A stretch of DNA of 63,977 bases, the filler included, from Choristocarpus tenellus KU-1152 (lineage: Eukaryota > Protista > Phaeophyceae): NCBI GenBank assembly GCA_964200185.2. It is 8 parts of 8 records of this genome, joined end to end, with 100 filler letters (N's around TTAATTAATTAA, not from the genome) between each part and the next. Parts side by side here need not be neighbours in the genome. Positions count along the whole stretch, not along the records: positions 10,816 to 13,682 come from CAXNAD020024085.1; positions 13,783 to 19,235 come from CAXNAD020010730.1; positions 19,336 to 23,741 come from CAXNAD020014700.1; positions 23,842 to 51,788 come from CAXNAD020000134.1; 4 more parts are not named here. One strand, 5' to 3'. Made by a program: the position numbers and the translations under genes. Under the pieces are notes generated by a model that worked only from the letters and a program-made list of their open reading frames with translations, was not told where the DNA came from and searched no databases. Shown here in pieces: positions 12,589-24,460 of this stretch. The number at the start of each line of letters is the position of its first letter. Position 1 is the stretch's first letter.

Positions 12589-13429
12589 ATGTCCAACATT
12601 CACTCAACAACGACCCCCCTACGCGCCAAGGGCGCTGCCCACGGATCGAGAGCGTCAGACAGCAATGTCAAGGGCATGCCCTCACTCCGTGAACAGCACT
12701 ACCTCGGCATGTACAAGATGAAACTCAGCAACATCACATGCACGGAGATAGTGCGGCCCCTTAGCGAGCGTGGCCTTGCGTGCGTCAGTAAGTCTATCCG
12801 TGAAAAAGGCTGGCTCGAGCAGTTTGCTCCGTCCATCGTCATCCAACGAGACTGCCTAGGAAACAGGGACCAGCTCACCACCAACACTGCGCTTGCCGTT
12901 CAAGGACGAACACTGGACGGAAACCATAGAAAAACGGTGTTGAAGAGAGTTTGATCACGAATGCGCTTTCATGATGCGGGTCTACAGGGAGTTCAACCAA
13001 GCAGAAGAGAGGCTAATTGCCAACAGTGAGTGATCAATAGTGTCGTCGTTGTTCCATGATTGCTTGATGACTCTTCTGATCTACCAAGTTGTTGCCATGT
13101 TTCCTTTGTTTGGTTCATCGTCAGTCAGCCCGTTGTTGATCTTTTCGTTGTTGATATTTTTTATCCCTCGTGGTCTTTCTGTCAGCAGCAACATGTTGCT
13201 CACTACTGCCTGCCGCGTGTGTCCCGCAACCGCTTCCCACCTACCCCTTGCCCCATTCGCCCACTGTGCCGCCACGCTTATAGCATTCAACGACACGACC
13301 GAGAGTGTGATTGAGCACACGCTGTACGATAAGGTATATTTTCAGCAAGAGCTCAAAGAAGCTATCAAGCGCCAGACGAAGAAGAAAGAAGTGTCACTAG
13401 CAGAGATCGCAAAATGTACAAAAATGTGA
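12589..13429 (+). pseudogene. Spliced ParB/Srx-like N-domain plus HTH-like protein with one frameshift
   Basis: RPLSERGLACVSKSIREKGWLEQFAPSIV..TLDGNHRK. After a frameshift in an AG run (~12949) it continues VYREFNQAEERLIAN. GT-AG intron 13026-13283 (gtgagt..tatag) joins in frame to TFNDTTESVIEHTLYDK..EVSLAEIAK. Confidence 0.65.
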
Positions 13430-13782
13430 GGGAGTTGTCAACGTTGGTGGGATGATGGCGCTCTACTCCTCTTGTTGGGTTACAGCTGTTGTGAAGATCT
13501 CTCTGTGTCCTCCTATTCAACCTAAGTTCAGATAGTTATCCCGCATTTAGCAACCCTGTCAACCAAATGCTTGATTTTCGGATGACCATGTAGTATGTGT
13601 GTGTGCAAAATCACAGATGAAGTGAACAGTTTTTTCTTTCAGCACTAGGTAGGCCAGGCCGCTGAATATTATACCCCCTCCCNNNNNNNNNNNNNNNNNN
13701 NNNNNNNNNNNNNNNNNNNNNNNNNNTTAATTAATTAANNNNNNNNNNNNNNNNNNNNNNNNNNNNNNNNNNNNNNNNNNNN

Positions 13783-14040
13783 GGAAGACTGAGGGGTGGT
13801 CGATTAGGCTTGTGACGCAGCCATCTAATTCCCCCGACCTCAATATCATGGACCTGTGCTTCTATCAGGTCTTTGCAATACCAGGTGATGGGGGAGTGGT
13901 TTGGGTCCGCCGAGGAGATGGTGAAGGTCATTATGAAACAATATGAATAGTATGATGAAACCACACTTGAGAGGGCTTGGCAGGTCCTTCTTGTGGCGTA
14001 CAATCAAGTGCTGAGATACAAAGGGGAGAATGACTTCAGT
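13783..14040 (+). mobile_element. Mariner DD39D-type transposase C-terminal remnant
   Basis: GWSIRLVTQPSNSPDLNIMDLCF..LQ..YDETTLERAWQVL..YNQVLRYKGENDF matches the QPPNSPDLNVLDLGFF motif. Contains a stop and a frameshift. Confidence 0.85.
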
Positions 14041-14644
14041 GCGGAGGACACAAGGGTAAGGAAGAGGTAGTTATCTGGTGAGCTTGAAACACACCAAAGG
14101 TAGATATGGAGGCTTTTTCTGTGGATGATAAACTTGTAATGGATGGAGAGTAATAAAAATAAAAATAGCTGACCCTAACCAGAAATTTGTCAAGGATTCC
14201 AAATCTTCTTTCAGAAACGAATTTCTGCATCTTCAAAAGTTAAAGACAACTGCTTGACTACATTAACGGTAAGGAGGACAAATGATAGATAATAGGTAGA
14301 GTGAGTGATGTTGGAAGAACGAGAGAGGAGCCATCAACACCTGGAACAGCACTCACTATGAAAAAGACTGATCATCGATTGATGCTTTCTATACATGATC
14401 ATCCTCACCATGCCCACGCAAGACCAACGAAGAATGAATATACTCGGAGTATGTGCAATAGTGGTTGGTTGTAGTAGTTAGCAACAGTAGCAGTAGTGAG
14501 CGGCGGCAATGCAAAGGGATGCACAAGGTCAAACCACTCACTATAGGCTGTACCGATCAACACGAGAACAATAACAACAGGCACTTAAAGATCAACAAGA
14601 ACAAGGAGAAAGTCATCAAACAATAACTCTTCAAAAAAATATTT

Positions 14645-16995
14645 CTACCTCTCCCACTTGTAACCAAATCCAAAGTGCTTGTGTGCAGCTACAACAAGAT
14701 TCTGAGAACTCGCAGGAAGGAAATGAAGAAATAATGACCGCAAAGGATAACTAATAATAGTAATACCAACAATGTTGATGAACATGCGTCTCCTTCTCTT
14801 TGCCTTCCCAAGTGTTGTTGAGGAGTTACAAATACCTGGCGGTAGTGCCCTTTTGCAGATTTTGTCCAAGTTCCAACCATCCCTTCACTCCACTCTCACC
14901 TTGTGACGAGGTCAACCCCCCATTATGGTTTGGGCGCTTGTTTTTTCAACCCATCCTGGCACTTGTCTCTTCCTCCTTCTCTGTCCTCTTCTGGGGTGTG
15001 AGCATCACGTAGTCTGGAGTAAAGGACCATTGGCATAATATTGGAGTGTGCACTGCATGGGTTTGGAGCTCATCTTCTGGTCGTTAGAGCTTCGCCGAGT
15101 CATCTCCAACTCCGTGTGCTTGTGTGTCAAGAATGGCTGGCAGTGTGCGACGTTAATGATGCAACCAACCATGGAGTGACTATTATCCGCAAGGAGGAAC
15201 GCATACATGTCACTCAGCAACCCTTTTGTGTCTCTTTCTCTATCCCTTGTGACCATGTGTCCCCTCTTTACCCACAGGACCTGCACCATCCCCACCACCC
15301 CCACCAGCATTGCCATCACCATCATGATTGCTGTCGTCATCCATGTACATATTGTGATCCTTATTCCCCTCTGCTCCCAAGGCACCTAGTTCCTCACGGT
15401 CGGAGTCAGTAGATGTTGTTTATTCCCTGAATAAGGTGGTATCAAGGCTGAACTCAATTGCGCCCTGGCACAGTAGTCTACAGACTTCATCAGCCATGGC
15501 TACATGAATGGACTCACGATTTCTTGTTTATGAGGGGAGAGCAATTTTGTAAAGATTGTGAAGTAAGAGTTTAAGGAGAGAAAAAGGTGATCAATTAATA
15601 TCAGCTTGATATACGTCAGAGAAGCGTGTTTTTGTAACAGTAGATGTTTCTAATTTATTTGTGCTTAAATGGTTTAAGGAGGGTACATCGACTCAAGGAA
15701 GAGGAGGGACGTCGTACACCTTTATGCATCTATTGACGAGGTAGATTTTGTAGCTAGGTGCTAGTAGTAGTAGCAGCAGCAGCAGTAGCAGTAGTAGTCG
15801 TAGTAATAGTAGTAGTAACGGTACCAATGGTAGTAGAGGTAGTGAAGCTGGTAATGTACGAAAACAATCGAACAGAAAAAATAGTAGCGGATTAATTGTT
15901 TTATAAAAACTTGCAAATAAATACAGGATGGGAGGGACATAAATGAATCTCCATACATACGTGTAGTAGGTGTCCTGTTATGTGTATGTGAACGATCTCA
16001 CGTAAACAGGTACTACTTGTTATGTAGGTCTTAGAAATGCTGCTATGTTTCAGCAGTTGTGTTGGTCTGCGGGTATGAAAGCTGTTGCAATAAGGTTTGT
16101 TTGACGATGGAAAAAGGATAATGACGTAGCTGATTTAGGGGTTAGGTAGTTTAAATGATGAAGTAGCATAGTAATGGATGGAGGCATTGTTTGTATCGTG
16201 TCCATCAAATTCCTGAGTACAGAATGCACAATCAGAATAATTATTACCACTGCGCTTGGTAATGAGGAAATGCCCACTATATAATTATCGTTCTCAGCGT
16301 TATTGTCTACGAGAAGGATATTTCAATGCCAAACATTTGGAGACTAGGAGTGTTAATAGTACAAAACAGTACATGTGGTCTAAGCAAGATCATGTTGTAA
16401 GAACCAAAAGTCATAAATGCGAGGAGAAAGTGAACACATCACTATGTCCTGCTCCGTCTACCAATGCAAAACCAGTAATGGAAGGAAGGTGAAGTGTTTG
16501 GAAGTGCGAAGAAACCTTTGATGCACACCAATGGTACGATTCACGTGATGATGGCAAAGGTTATTTAGATGTGATACAGCCCTCCACCACCACGCGCTCA
16601 AACAGGATCATGTTGATGGTGGAGTCCAGCAAATGGTTGAGGACATATAGTGGGCAGCCTTTCCACTCTGGGTGTTTATTGGGGGGAGGTTGTGTACAAA
16701 TCCTTTGAATACGCCATTATCAGTGAGATTTATCCATTTTTCAGAGGTCGTTGTGGGCTTGAGGTACATCTTGACCCTACTGTTGCCTCCCTCTTATGAA
16801 CTTGAAGGGCCCGGGCATTGAAATCCCTCCCTTCAACTTCATGATGCATCCCTCAGCAGTAAAAAAGTCCTTGACATTGGCGAGTTGTCCCATTAATGCC
16901 ACATGAGCACAAGTGGCTGTTCCTTGCGTCCATCAGAAAAGCGTGTTGCCTGTTCTTCTCGATTTTTTTTTGTTGCCTGATGTACGCAGACAAGC
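14645..16995 (-). pseudogene. SBNO-like: Decayed SBNO-like helicase, copy C
   Basis: NSRVKMYLKPTTTSE (~16740-16785; cf. ARVVYASATGASE); GVFKGFVHNL; DFWFLQH..LLVSKC..YIVGISS (16265-16415); LLADN..ELEMTRRS (ORF 15005-15385; cf. [12 protein letters not shown]); ICKRALPPGI..KAKRRRRMFI (14645-14869; cf. ISEAASSGIS..KNQRRRVH). Acceptor ctacag at 16995. Confidence 0.65.
15771..15850. repeat. (TAG/CAG)n microsatellite
   Basis: tagtagtagtagcagcagcagcagtag... Confidence 0.9.
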
Positions 16996-17146
16996 TGTAG
17001 CGAAAAGCGAGATAATGTAACGTGGTTGCGCGTTAGTAAGGTATCAGCAATGGTAAAAGTGGGCAGTAGAAGGAGGAAGCACACAACGTATAATGGGGTG
17101 TATGTATGCATGTACCACTAGTAGTCAAGCAAATTCTACGAAGTTT

Positions 17147-17400
17147 GAGCCAAAGCATTTAAGAGGGTAGGGGCGCGTCCGTTCGGGATCATAAATCCAA
17201 GATGTGATTTTGATGAAATTTTGGCTATCGTGTTTGATATCAAGTGTCAATATTCTTGCTCCGGACACACCTTTCATAGCCGTATACATTTTAGGTAACT
17301 GTATTCACACAGAAAACCGAAAAGGGGCATAAAAAAACAGTGGGAAGCCAAGCCCCGAACGGACAAACTGGGCAAAACTCCTAACCTCTAAAACGCTTTG
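17147..17400. mobile_element. MITE family 1, divergent subfamily
   Basis: Similar to 7553-7806 and 35540-35700. Right TIR is degenerate. Confidence 0.8.
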
Positions 17401-17664
17401 GGTGTACTTGCTGCAGTGTGTGTGCTATTGATGCAGGTGAGGACTAGTGTTCCATCTGAAATGTGTAGGGGACACATACACAAACACACACACACAGGCA
17501 TGGTGCATGCTTTGTGTAACTACCAGGAAAATTGGGGATGTCTCGTATTTGTGGCATGGCAGGAGAAATGCATGATGCTAATAATGACGATGTGTTGTGA
17601 TGTGTGGTATGTTGTTTACGCTAACCCATCTGCCCAGGATCCTATTTGCATATTTTTTTCAAAG

Positions 17665-17760
17665 GATGTCAACTAAGCGCACAGATAAAAAGAAGGCGGA
17701 GTATTTGTCACCCATCGGCAACAGTTTTCGATGTTGTACTACATGCATACGACTTGATTG
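17665..17760 (+). pseudogene. Possible exon with MBD-like motif upstream of SBNO copy D
   Basis: Bounded by tttcaaag| and |gtaagt. KRTDKKKAEYLSPIGNSFR resembles the MBD motif Y.SP.GkkFRS. Confidence 0.3.
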
Positions 17761-17863
17761 TAAGTTGGTGTATATACTACACAGACATGATGTAGAAATT
17801 ATAAGCTTGTTGAGTCGAAGGGCAGATTGTTGTTGTGACACACTCCTCTAATGTTCGCTATAG

Positions 17864-19235
17864 GCAAACCATGAGGGACACAAGGAGATATTGTGGCGGA
17901 TAAGTACGTTATTTAACTCATCACCAGGAAAGAAATGGTCAATCTTGACGTGGGTGTGTTCCACTGGCAGAAATTATACTTCAACCGTCTTGATTACTCC
18001 CCTCGCTACCAGAAGGATATTATAGGGCAATTACACAGTGGTTCTTGTTCTTTCTGAGTGAGATAATGACTACATTTTTTTTGCAGTAATATGTTGGACC
18101 TGAATGCATTAGTAGGCCACTGTGGAAATTTGATGGGATGCTGGATTACTAAGATTTGCTACACACACAAAAGCACATTATGAATTGAACAATGGTAGTT
18201 TGATGGCAGGAAGAATGTCTGAAGGACTAGAAAGCATGTACCTAGAGCGACTGTTCAACTGCAGATGCAAGAAATCTATTTGGCCGTTGCTTCCCTACAT
18301 GTAAGACTGTTAAAAGAGGATCTCGAGAGCATGGTGGATGGAGGTTCTCATCAAGTTTGTGGCCCTGCCAGATGCGAGATGTATAAGAGTAATAAAGGAT
18401 GGCTGTGTAGTAGGAATAAAACCATATGATGCATGTATGCCAATCCATTATGGTTTTGAGAGGAGTTTGGTTGTAGTGGGAGTATAAAACAATACGACGG
18501 GCCACACGACGGGAAACGCTGTCTCTTACCAATATCCAGAGTGTGGGATACTGCGAACAATTCCACAAGAAGTCCTTCAATGAAGAGTGTATGCATTTAT
18601 CATCGCTCAGGGCATCCCCTTCTAACAACGTACGTATAGGTGGAAGACATGTGAAGGGTTTGTACAGGTTTCAGTCTAGGAGGAAGGAAATGGGCAGGGA
18701 TAAGGGGCAGGTATATTCTCCGCTGTTTTTCCAATTCCAGAGTGAAAGTATCTTAGAGGGTACGAGTTTTGCCCTGTTTGTCCATTTGGGGCTTGACTTC
18801 CCGCGGGTTCTTAATGACATTTTACCTACTCCAAAAGTTTGGAGTAGGTAAAATGTGTATGTTATCAAAAGGTGTGTCCGGAAAAAGGATATTGACATCT
18901 CCTTAACAAATATGATAGCCAAAAGGACATCAAAATTGCAACATTGTATTTTGGTCCCCTAATGGACGCGGCTCTATCCTCTGAGATACTTTGACCCACA
19001 TGGTGGACGTAGTATGAGGTCTATTCGTTGTAGAATATGTGCAATCTAGGATAGAGTTTGAAGCGTTCAAAAAACAATTGTTAACAAAAAAAGAAGTGAT
19101 AACTAAGATGTTGAGAACGCGGAGTTTTAAGGGAGTATACTTTACAGTCATGTTCAGCCAAGAAATTGATTGGACGAATTCACGCCCCATCATGAACCTG
19201 GCTGTGTCGTGGTCTTTCACGTCAAAGTGTGGAAG
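17864..19235 (+). pseudogene. SBNO-like: Decayed SBNO-like helicase, copy D (P-loop domain, cut by contig end)
   Basis: GKP*GTQGDIV..LDYSPRYQKDII; MYLERLFNCRCKKSIW; LLKEDLESM; HLSSLRASPSNN; FEAFKKQL..LRTRSFKGVYFTV..MNLAVSW (ORF 19039; cf. FSDFIQAV..IARQLSFTGVTFKI..YNKAVKLW). MITE inserted at 18740. Confidence 0.7.
18740..18997. mobile_element. MITE family 1
   Basis: gagtgaaagtatcttagagggtac...cctctgagatactttgaccc. Confidence 0.9.
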
Positions 19236-19482
19236 NNNNNNNNNNNNNNNNNNNNNNNNNNNNNNNNNNNNNNNNNNNNTTAATTAATTAANNNNNNNNN
19301 NNNNNNNNNNNNNNNNNNNNNNNNNNNNNNNNNNNATAATACATGCCTTTTCTATTATAGATCAAGAGGTTGATTCCCCTCCCTCCCCGCCCCCCCCTCC
19401 ATGCCTCTCACCACCTTTCCCAAACCGGTTCATGATATATTCACAAACGCACTTCTCCATCTACTCTCCTACATCTCCACAG

Positions 19483-19846
19483 CTACCTCTACTCCATCTC
19501 CGACGATGCGCTTCGACTCCACCTCACCATGGAAGGCGACCGTATTGTGAAGAGCATCGGCATTCGCTCCGCATGGGAAGGCAGGGAGCGTTCTGTGGCC
19601 GTCGATGGAAGCCCTGGGGCCGAGGGGGGAGGCTACCGTCAGCGGTTGCTCTCGCAGCTGTCAGGGGGTCAGTGGCGATGTGTGAGCCTTGCTCTGGAGC
19701 TTGCGTTTGCAGAGCTGGCTCGACAACGTAGCTGCTTCTCTTGCAATCTGTTGGTGCTGGACGAGGTTCTCAGTCAGTTGGACGCCTTCGGCAGAGAGAG
19801 GGTAATGACGGGCCGTGGATTTATTTATTTTTCTCAGTTTTTTTCG

Positions 19847-19892
<46 letters not shown>

Positions 19893-20415
19893 GTGTACGT
19901 TTTGTATTGATACACGTGTTGTATTTGTTGCTTCAATGTTTCTTATTTTCTCAGATCCTTCCGACCTTATTCGGGGTCGTGTCATGTGGGTACTGAGTAA
20001 GACCCAAGCAATCCCAGTTTGTCCATCCTTCTGTATGCATTATATATATATATATATGTCTGTGTGTGTGTGTGTGTGTGTACGTTACTAGTACTGGTGC
20101 TTTATACTTGGGGCCTACTCAGGAGTACACATCAAATATATGTGGAGATTGGAATGCTCCTGTAGCACTTCTCACAACGAGAATAAGAAATTTGAAATAG
20201 CTACAGGGTATAATTAGTGCTACAATACAATGCATGTATGTAGTGCTGTGACTTTCTTTTCTCTTTTTTTTTTTGCCTCATTTGATTACTCCCGGCCTCT
20301 CTCTTTTTTCACACTGCAACAGGTTGCCGGCATTATCCGAGCTCTTGCTCATGGTGCAGACCCCTCGGAAGGGCAGGGGGAGGGGATCTACTCCACCGTG
20401 CTCGTGGTACTGCAG
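19483..20415 (+). CDS. SbcC/Rad50/gp46-type ABC ATPase, C-terminal exons (partial gene)
   Basis: Exon 19483-19801 (cag|..|gtaatg) encodes the signature QLSGGQWR, Walker B LLVLDE and D-loop SQLD. Exon 20323-20415 (cag|VAGIIRAL..STVLVVLQ|gcgagg) ends at a GC donor. Confidence 0.85.
19849..19889. repeat. (TG)n microsatellite in intron
   Basis: About 20 TG units. Confidence 0.95.
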
Positions 20416-21267
20416 GCGAGGAAGGTTCCTAACACAGTGCTACAAGATAGTGATAGAAACAACTTGTGGGATGGCCGGAAGGGAGACAGGCTTCCACAAC
20501 AATTTCTTCAGAATAGTGTGTTTGGAATGGGTGGGGGGATTGTGAAAAAATCAGCAAATCCTTTCCTCTCCCTCCCTCTCTCTCTCTCTCTCTCTCTCTT
20601 GTGATGTGTTGAATACTGCTGTAAGTCATGCGAACTATGTCTGCTATGGTGACAAACGCTGTCTAGACATCGGTGACAAAATTTACCTGGTTGTTGTTTC
20701 TAAATCATTGAAGCGTGGATGGATGCATTGAATCTACACCTCACATTGTGTAATACCTCTCATTTATGTTTTTGTATATTACTATTATTATTATTATTTA
20801 TAAATCGGGAGTCGCCGTCTATTTCTTGCTCCCTTTTTTATCCTATCTGTGCAGCATGAGCTGCTGAGTGTATCTTCTCTTTAAAAACATATTGTGTTGC
20901 TAGATGTCAGTGAAATGTAAGTGTGAAAATCTTTTTTTAATGTTGTCATTACACAGTTGGATGTCGTTGAATACAAAATCGCATCTTTGGTCCCATAAAC
21001 CTAATCCCTTGTAATTCTGCTGATATCATGCTACCGAGCACTACGTAGCGCTCTAGAGTAGTGAATTAGCAACGTTCTTTTGGTTGCAGTAATTTGGATC
21101 TAACAGCCCCACTAACAAATCCTTCTACATTTTGCTTTTTTCATTCTTGTTGGCAAAGAACACCCAGGAACAAATACGTAAATTTTTACTATGTGTAAAC
21201 TGCAGATTTTTTAAATTCTAACAACGGTGTTGTAAGTATGAGGATGCTCATTCCCTTCCTCCCCTAC

Positions 21268-21308
<41 letters not shown>

Positions 21309-21394
21309 ACAACCCACCCCCAACCACCCCCCCCACCCCTCCCCCACCCTCCCCTACCACCACACAGAGAGCCACTTCTCTACNNNNNNNNNCC

Positions 21395-21960
21395 CCCCAA
21401 ACAACTTTCGAAAATGAAACGTTGCACACATCCTTGCACACTGCTTCAGGATCTTCCTGCAGAAGAGCTTCAGGATGCATTTGACTACGTAGATCGGGTC
21501 GTCCGACATCACTCTTGCTACTCCGTTGCTGTAGATGGCAGAGATGAGGACAAGGATGAAGAAGAGGGATACAACACTGAGGTGTACAGATAGGGGGTGT
21601 TGGTCAGAGTCGCCTCTCACCAGGGATGTGAGCACCTCTTGCACACACTCGCTTGAATAAATCAAGCAATTTAAGGGTGTACCCTTGCATGTCGAACCCC
21701 TTCCATACCCCAAGGCTTATGTGGTGCTACGATTAGGGGGACCGATCTTGCAGAACACTTTTCTGATCCCCCCCCCCACACACACGCATATACCCCACCA
21801 CCAGGAGGATCTTTTTGTTTGTTTGCTTGCAAAATTGAAGGGGAGAGGGAGGGATACAATTGAGTTATAGGATAGGGTTCAATATTGTACCACATCAGGT
21901 ACGGTGCGACTGTTATTGTTGTGCAAGAAATCATTGATGACCTTTTTCAGGTGTACCTTG
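21395..21960 (-). pseudogene. SBNO-like: Decayed SBNO-like helicase, copy E (N-terminal part)
   Basis: ISCTTITVAPYLMWYNI..SLSPSILQA (ORF 21671-21934; cf. VETSSLSSVTPPDVWY..LSALQLEA); GYGRGSTCKGTPLNCLIY (~21660-21710; cf. Walker A GDGAGVGKGRTIAGIIY); LQEDPEAVCKDV. Confidence 0.65.
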
Positions 21961-21976
21961 GAAATGTCAGCAATAG

Positions 21977-22196
21977 GAGNNNNNNNNNNATGTTGTAGTT
22001 TCGATGTAATTTTGGCTATCGTGTTTGTTAGGAAGTGTCAATATCCTTGTTCCGGGCACACCTTTTCATGACGTATGCATTTTACCTACTCCGAAAATAT
22101 TTTGGAGTGGGAAAATGTCATAAAAAACCCCGAGGGAAGCCAAGCCCTAAATGGACTAACAGGGCAAAACTCGTACCCTCTAAGATACTTTCACTC
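21977..22196. mobile_element. MITE family 1 (internal N gap), TSD ATAG
   Basis: atag|gag-NNN...ccctctaagatactttcactc|atag. Confidence 0.85.
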
Positions 22197-22429
22197 ATAG
22201 TCTCAGTACCTCGTACTGTCCCAATGTCACACCATCGGGTATGTAAGGAGGGTCAAGGTTAGGATAAGGGTACAGCATGACCGGGAAAAGAACCACTAAA
22301 GGTATATTGAGGTTAGGTTACACCTTGAGCAGTAGACCATCATACGTTAACATATCAACCCGCCAACCCATCCACCCTCATATTTAGTTGTTGATCACCT
22401 CTAGCTTCCTGGGAAATCGGCACCCCGTT

Positions 22430-22970
22430 TCACATTGGAGTCCAATTTACCTCCAAGCCTGCCACCTTCAGTGGCACAAATAGGGGATTTCCCGTACTTG
22501 GTTGGCGGCCCTCACCCTAATGGCCCTATGTACTTAACAGGGTGGAAATTGGTAGTAAATGGAGTGCCATATTTTGTTGCTAAGAAAATAGTGCGTTCAT
22601 GCTGTGAAGACTTCCCACTGCAGGAGTATTGGCAGATGCCTCCCTCTCAGGAATAGACCTGCGATTTATGATGGGATTTCGAGGGTTCTAGACGTGTGGG
22701 AAGCCGCATTGCAAAAAGAGGAAAGTTGCGTTTTGACATGAGTTTTGAACCGCCTGCTTATGTTTTATCGGCACTGAGTGTGTGATGTCATCCTCTGCCT
22801 CACTGACTACAGAAGGTTGGGTTTTGTAGGCGTAGGGAAAGGCCCTTTTTTAGTGCTACCCGGTACTAGTGGTGAGAGCACGCTGGGTCAGGCGAGGGGA
22901 CGAAGGGGAGGCAAGCGGTACCACAGTGTGTTAACCACTCCATAGACTTGTGCTGCAGGGGGACATGATT
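22430..22970 (+). pseudogene. SBNO-like: Decayed SBNO-like helicase, copy F (helicase C domain)
   Basis: LPPSVAQIGDFPYLVGGPHPNGPMYLTGWK (cf. [26 protein letters not shown]); GIS..KRGKLRFDMSFEPP; SGESTL; LQGD. Confidence 0.6.
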
Positions 22971-23107
22971 TTCCTCTGAATATGCATTAACGCCCCCCTC
23001 AGCTGTGGGAGGCAGGCCTTCCTTGACCTCCCCCTTCCACTCGACACTAACTTGTGACTGTTCATGTATAGTGTGTACTATACTTCAGGTAAGGGTGCGT
23101 ATATTAT

Positions 23108-23128
23108 GGGTTAGGGTTAGGGTTAGGT
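23108..23128 (+). repeat. Interstitial telomere-like (GGGTTA)n
   Basis: gggttagggttagggttagg. The reverse form occurs at 52237-52255. Confidence 0.75.
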
Positions 23129-23349
23129 CTCCCTCAGTTTTGACGTTGCTGACTTATTTTTTGCCGAGTTTTGTTCTGGTGCTTGTTTTTCCACACAAAA
23201 AGGAAGAAAAAGGTTCCGCTTTTTGTGAGGTGTAAGGACAGAGCTGGAAGAACTCATGGAGGATAACTCTGAGGGAGCAATGACAATCTAGAGCTCCTCT
23301 ATTGCATACACTCTGGGCAGTATAGCTAGCCATCGAGAATTCTGATATA

Positions 23350-23606
23350 GAGTGAAAGTATCTTAGAGGGTACGAGTTTTCCCTGTTTGTCCATTTGGGG
23401 TTTGACTTCCCACGGGTTTTTGATGACATTTGACCTACTCCAAAATGTTTCCGAGTAGGTAAAATGTATTCGTTATGAAAAGGTGTGTCCGGAACAAGGA
23501 TATTGACACTTCCCAACCAACACAATAGCCAAAACTACATCAAAATCACAACATTGGATTTTGACTCCAAATGGACGAGGACCTACCCTCTAAGATACTT
23601 TGGCTC
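23350..23606. mobile_element. MITE family 1
   Basis: gagtgaaagtatcttagagggtac...ccctctaagatactttggctc. Possible ATAG TSD sharing the terminal G. Confidence 0.9.
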
Positions 23607-23841
23607 ATAGCTAGCCGCATTGATGCAGTGGTCAGGTCAGTACAGGCATGGGGGCTTGTGGTAGCAGTTTGTGCATGTACCGTTCATTATATTACAGTAG
23701 GTAGGAGTGGGTCAAACCAATTGAGATTTTGGCAGGGTTGCNNNNNNNNNNNNNNNNNNNNNNNNNNNNNNNNNNNNNNNNNNNNTTAATTAATTAANNN
23801 NNNNNNNNNNNNNNNNNNNNNNNNNNNNNNNNNNNNNNNNN

Positions 23842-23938
23842 CCAACGTAGGCAACCAAATCACCAAAATATCACGAAAAAAAAAAAATGCCCCCAAATGG
23901 ACAGTCGCCACCCCCCCCCCCCCCAGATACGTTGAGCC
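23842..23938. mobile_element. Right end of family-4 element at contig start
   Basis: ccccaaatggacagtcgcca(C)n-agatacgttgagcc. Confidence 0.7.
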
Positions 23939-24460
23939 TGACTGGAACATTCATGTGGAGAGCTGCGTGCTGCAGGATGAACCAACAGCTCAGGCATCCT
24001 TAAAACTTACGACAGATAAAGTATCTACTAGATGGTAATTTTCAAGACTAGTGACGGGGAGTGTGTTCGAGGAGAGGGAACCAGATCTAAAAAACTTGCA
24101 AGTGTTGGCAGTAGAATCACGCATCAATCAGTACGTTCCCCATAAGAGCAAAACAGCTACTGAGAGTAGGAATTGAAGCAGATACATCCATCCGGGGAGT
24201 TAAAAGAAGTCTAGAAAAAAAAAAACACACACACACACACACACGCAGACACGACAAAGAGACTTCCCGAGCATGACAACGCAGAACAGTACCACAAACA
24301 ACAGGCAACAAACTACTTCAACACTACGAATTCCAAAGAGAAAAAATCACTACAAAATAACTGCCTTCAAAGGGTTCGACAATCTCAATTCAACAATGCT
24401 ACCGTCCATAATACAAAAACCAATAATAGCTGAGCAGGACAGGAGACGTTAGCACCACAC

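Noticed and set aside
24117-24210. Possible fourth exon of the LRR gene
   Set aside because: The acceptor-like site gives a short non-LRR peptide with an early stop in the required phase, so it is unsupported.
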